A DNA stretch of 64,000 bases from Zancudomyces culisetae HAW-14-8 (lineage: Eukaryota; Fungi; Kickxellomycota), in assembly GCA_052426225.1 (NCBI GenBank), contig JBNJNM010000013.1, positions 1,178,001 to 1,242,000 on the forward strand, read 5' to 3'. Positions within the stretch are counted from its first letter, which is position 1. Every line of letters starts with the position of its first letter. The notes under the pieces were generated by a model. It was not told the origin of the DNA and ran no database searches. It saw nothing but the letters and a program-made list of their open reading frames with translations. Shown in pieces: positions 62,455 through 64,000 of the stretch. Both the position numbers and the translations under genes were made by a program.

Positions 62455-63778
62455 ATTCAGTTTTTCCCCTATTCTATCTCCCTTTCAGTATTTATTAATG
62501 AGTTGGTAAGTTTATTCAAATGTTTTCTCTATCTTTCAATTAAAACTAAGTTTTCGGGTTAGAATGTATTTAAAATTTAGCCAAAAACAATGTTGTGATA
62601 GAGACTTTTTCAAAAGTAAAAGATGGATGAGATGGGACCCTTTACATTTATAGCTGTGTAAAGACAAGTATACAATCATCGTTTTAGGCTTTGGTGCCTA
62701 AACATAACAATATTCACGTGGATATTCCCGACGAGGGAAAAATGTCGGAGTTATTTTCTAATTTCCGTCATATGTTTCACTTTTTTGCTTTATAGTGCTT
62801 TGAAAAATATCAGGGGATGAAGTTGTCAACGTGACCATACTTTTTCATATGTTTCTGCTCTGTACTACTCAGAAAATGGTAACAATTCAATGTTTTTTCA
62901 AATTTGAAATGCTTGGAATCAGAGAAAATATTAGTGCATAACAAGTGAAGAACAAAACAAACACAAAAGCTAGAGCAGGTGAAGTAGTAAAAGACAGGTC
63001 AGAGTGTAGTAAAAGCAACTCTAATAACCTAGGCGATATTAGAGTCAAGATGGTGATTAGGGGATGCTCAATATTTCCTCCACAACTGCCATCACTATTA
63101 GGCTTTTATCGTTGTAGGTGTTTCATCAGGCATGTGATTTAACTATTTCATTACGCTACTACTCAAGCCAGCAAAAACCAAGCTTGGATTGCGTTATTTC
63201 AACCTGATTTTACTCTTTCAGTTCAGTTATAGATGCAACGCTCATAGGCAGTTTTTTTTCGCTAGAAATGAGCACACAATTCTCAGTTCGATTTCTTGCT
63301 CCAAAAATGAGTAGTCAATCCCCATATCCTGCCGATCTTTTCCAGCGTCTCATCTACCGCTCCCTTCGTTCCGTCAACACTACTCATGCTTGCTAGCTAG
63401 CAAAGCAGACATGCTTGGCCTGCTTGCGTGGCCAGATGTACACACATTTCGAATTTCTTACTCGGCCATTCAACAAATGCATATCAAGGTGATGAAGATG
63501 TCATAATAGTAAATAAACAAAGTACAATCACAAAATAATTATAAACAATCTTTATTTCAGTATAACAAAATAAAAACTATCTGCTGACTAAAAGTCGCAA
63601 AACAAACAGCACATGGTAAAGGTGACCAATTCCAAATTAAAAAGGCAATCCTCAACTAAAACATAAACACAGCCCATGTCATTTATTGCAAATAAATGTT
63701 GTAGCCCATAAAGATATCACAGTCTTAATCGCGTTAGATAATCCGTCCAAGGATACACCCGTCTAAGTAGCTGCATGA

Positions 63779-63856
63779 TTACTTGGATCTGGATCTCATC
63801 TTTCTTCTCTTACGCTTGAGTCTTCTGACTCTCTTCTTTTTCCATTTGTCTCTCAT
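63779..63856 (-). CDS. RPL41: 60S ribosomal protein eL41 (25 aa), absent from the ORF track
   Basis: MRDKWKKKRVRRLKRKRRKMRSRSK* read directly. A probable 5'-UTR intron acceptor (TTAG) lies at about 63889. Confidence 0.96.
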   Translation of the reverse strand: MRDKWKKKRVRRLKRKRRKMRSRSK

Positions 63857-64000
63857 TTTCGGTTAATTCCTTTGTTTTCGAAAGAGCCCTAATTAAATAT
63901 AAGATATACACCGGGTTAGATTTTGAATCCTTAAAAATACAGTCTGAATTAGCATACTTCCACACCGAATCCGAAAAACATCGAATCGAAATCAATATTA

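Noticed and set aside
63810-63995. 61-aa ORF in the track
   Set aside because: Runs through the intron and 5' UTR and is out of frame with the real RPL41 coding sequence.
1-64000. CRISPR arrays, rRNA, U12-type introns, intact transposons or prokaryotic defence systems
   Set aside because: None seen. All tandem repeats lack spacers and all introns I resolved are ordinary GT-AG.

Overview
AT-rich, intron-containing eukaryotic DNA from a fungus (an FKS-type 1,3-beta-glucan synthase is present). Several 'animal-like' genes that budding yeast lacks (PTDSS-type phosphatidylserine synthase, ZCCHC8-like, SUGP1-like, kanadaptin-like) point to an early-diverging lineage, probably Zoopagomycota/Kickxellomycotina (inference). 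It is mostly a housekeeping region of about 20 protein genes. These include a tandemly duplicated M17 aminopeptidase flanking a fungal TF-domain gene, PTDSS, mL43, capping protein beta, CCCH-ZF, ZCCHC8-like, AMMECR1, FKS1, SUGP1-like, mS29/DAP3, kanadaptin, thiolase, a KH protein, an expansin-like protein, L-LDH, a DUF4203-like membrane protein, a P450 and a 25-aa eL41 that the ORF track misses. The most notable non-routine items are a probable dicistronic tRNA-Asp/tRNA-Glu unit (10-nt spacer, one terminator), a decayed LINE-like fragment just upstream of it, a catalytically dead and broken trypsin pseudogene, natural substitutions in the FKS echinocandin hot spots, and a GC-rich structured island with an Sm-like site near the right end. 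I found no CRISPR, rRNA or intact transposon, and I cannot support a clear new multi-gene system. Exon boundaries were derived by hand from GT-AG sites and reading frame; all homology calls are from motif recognition, not database searches.
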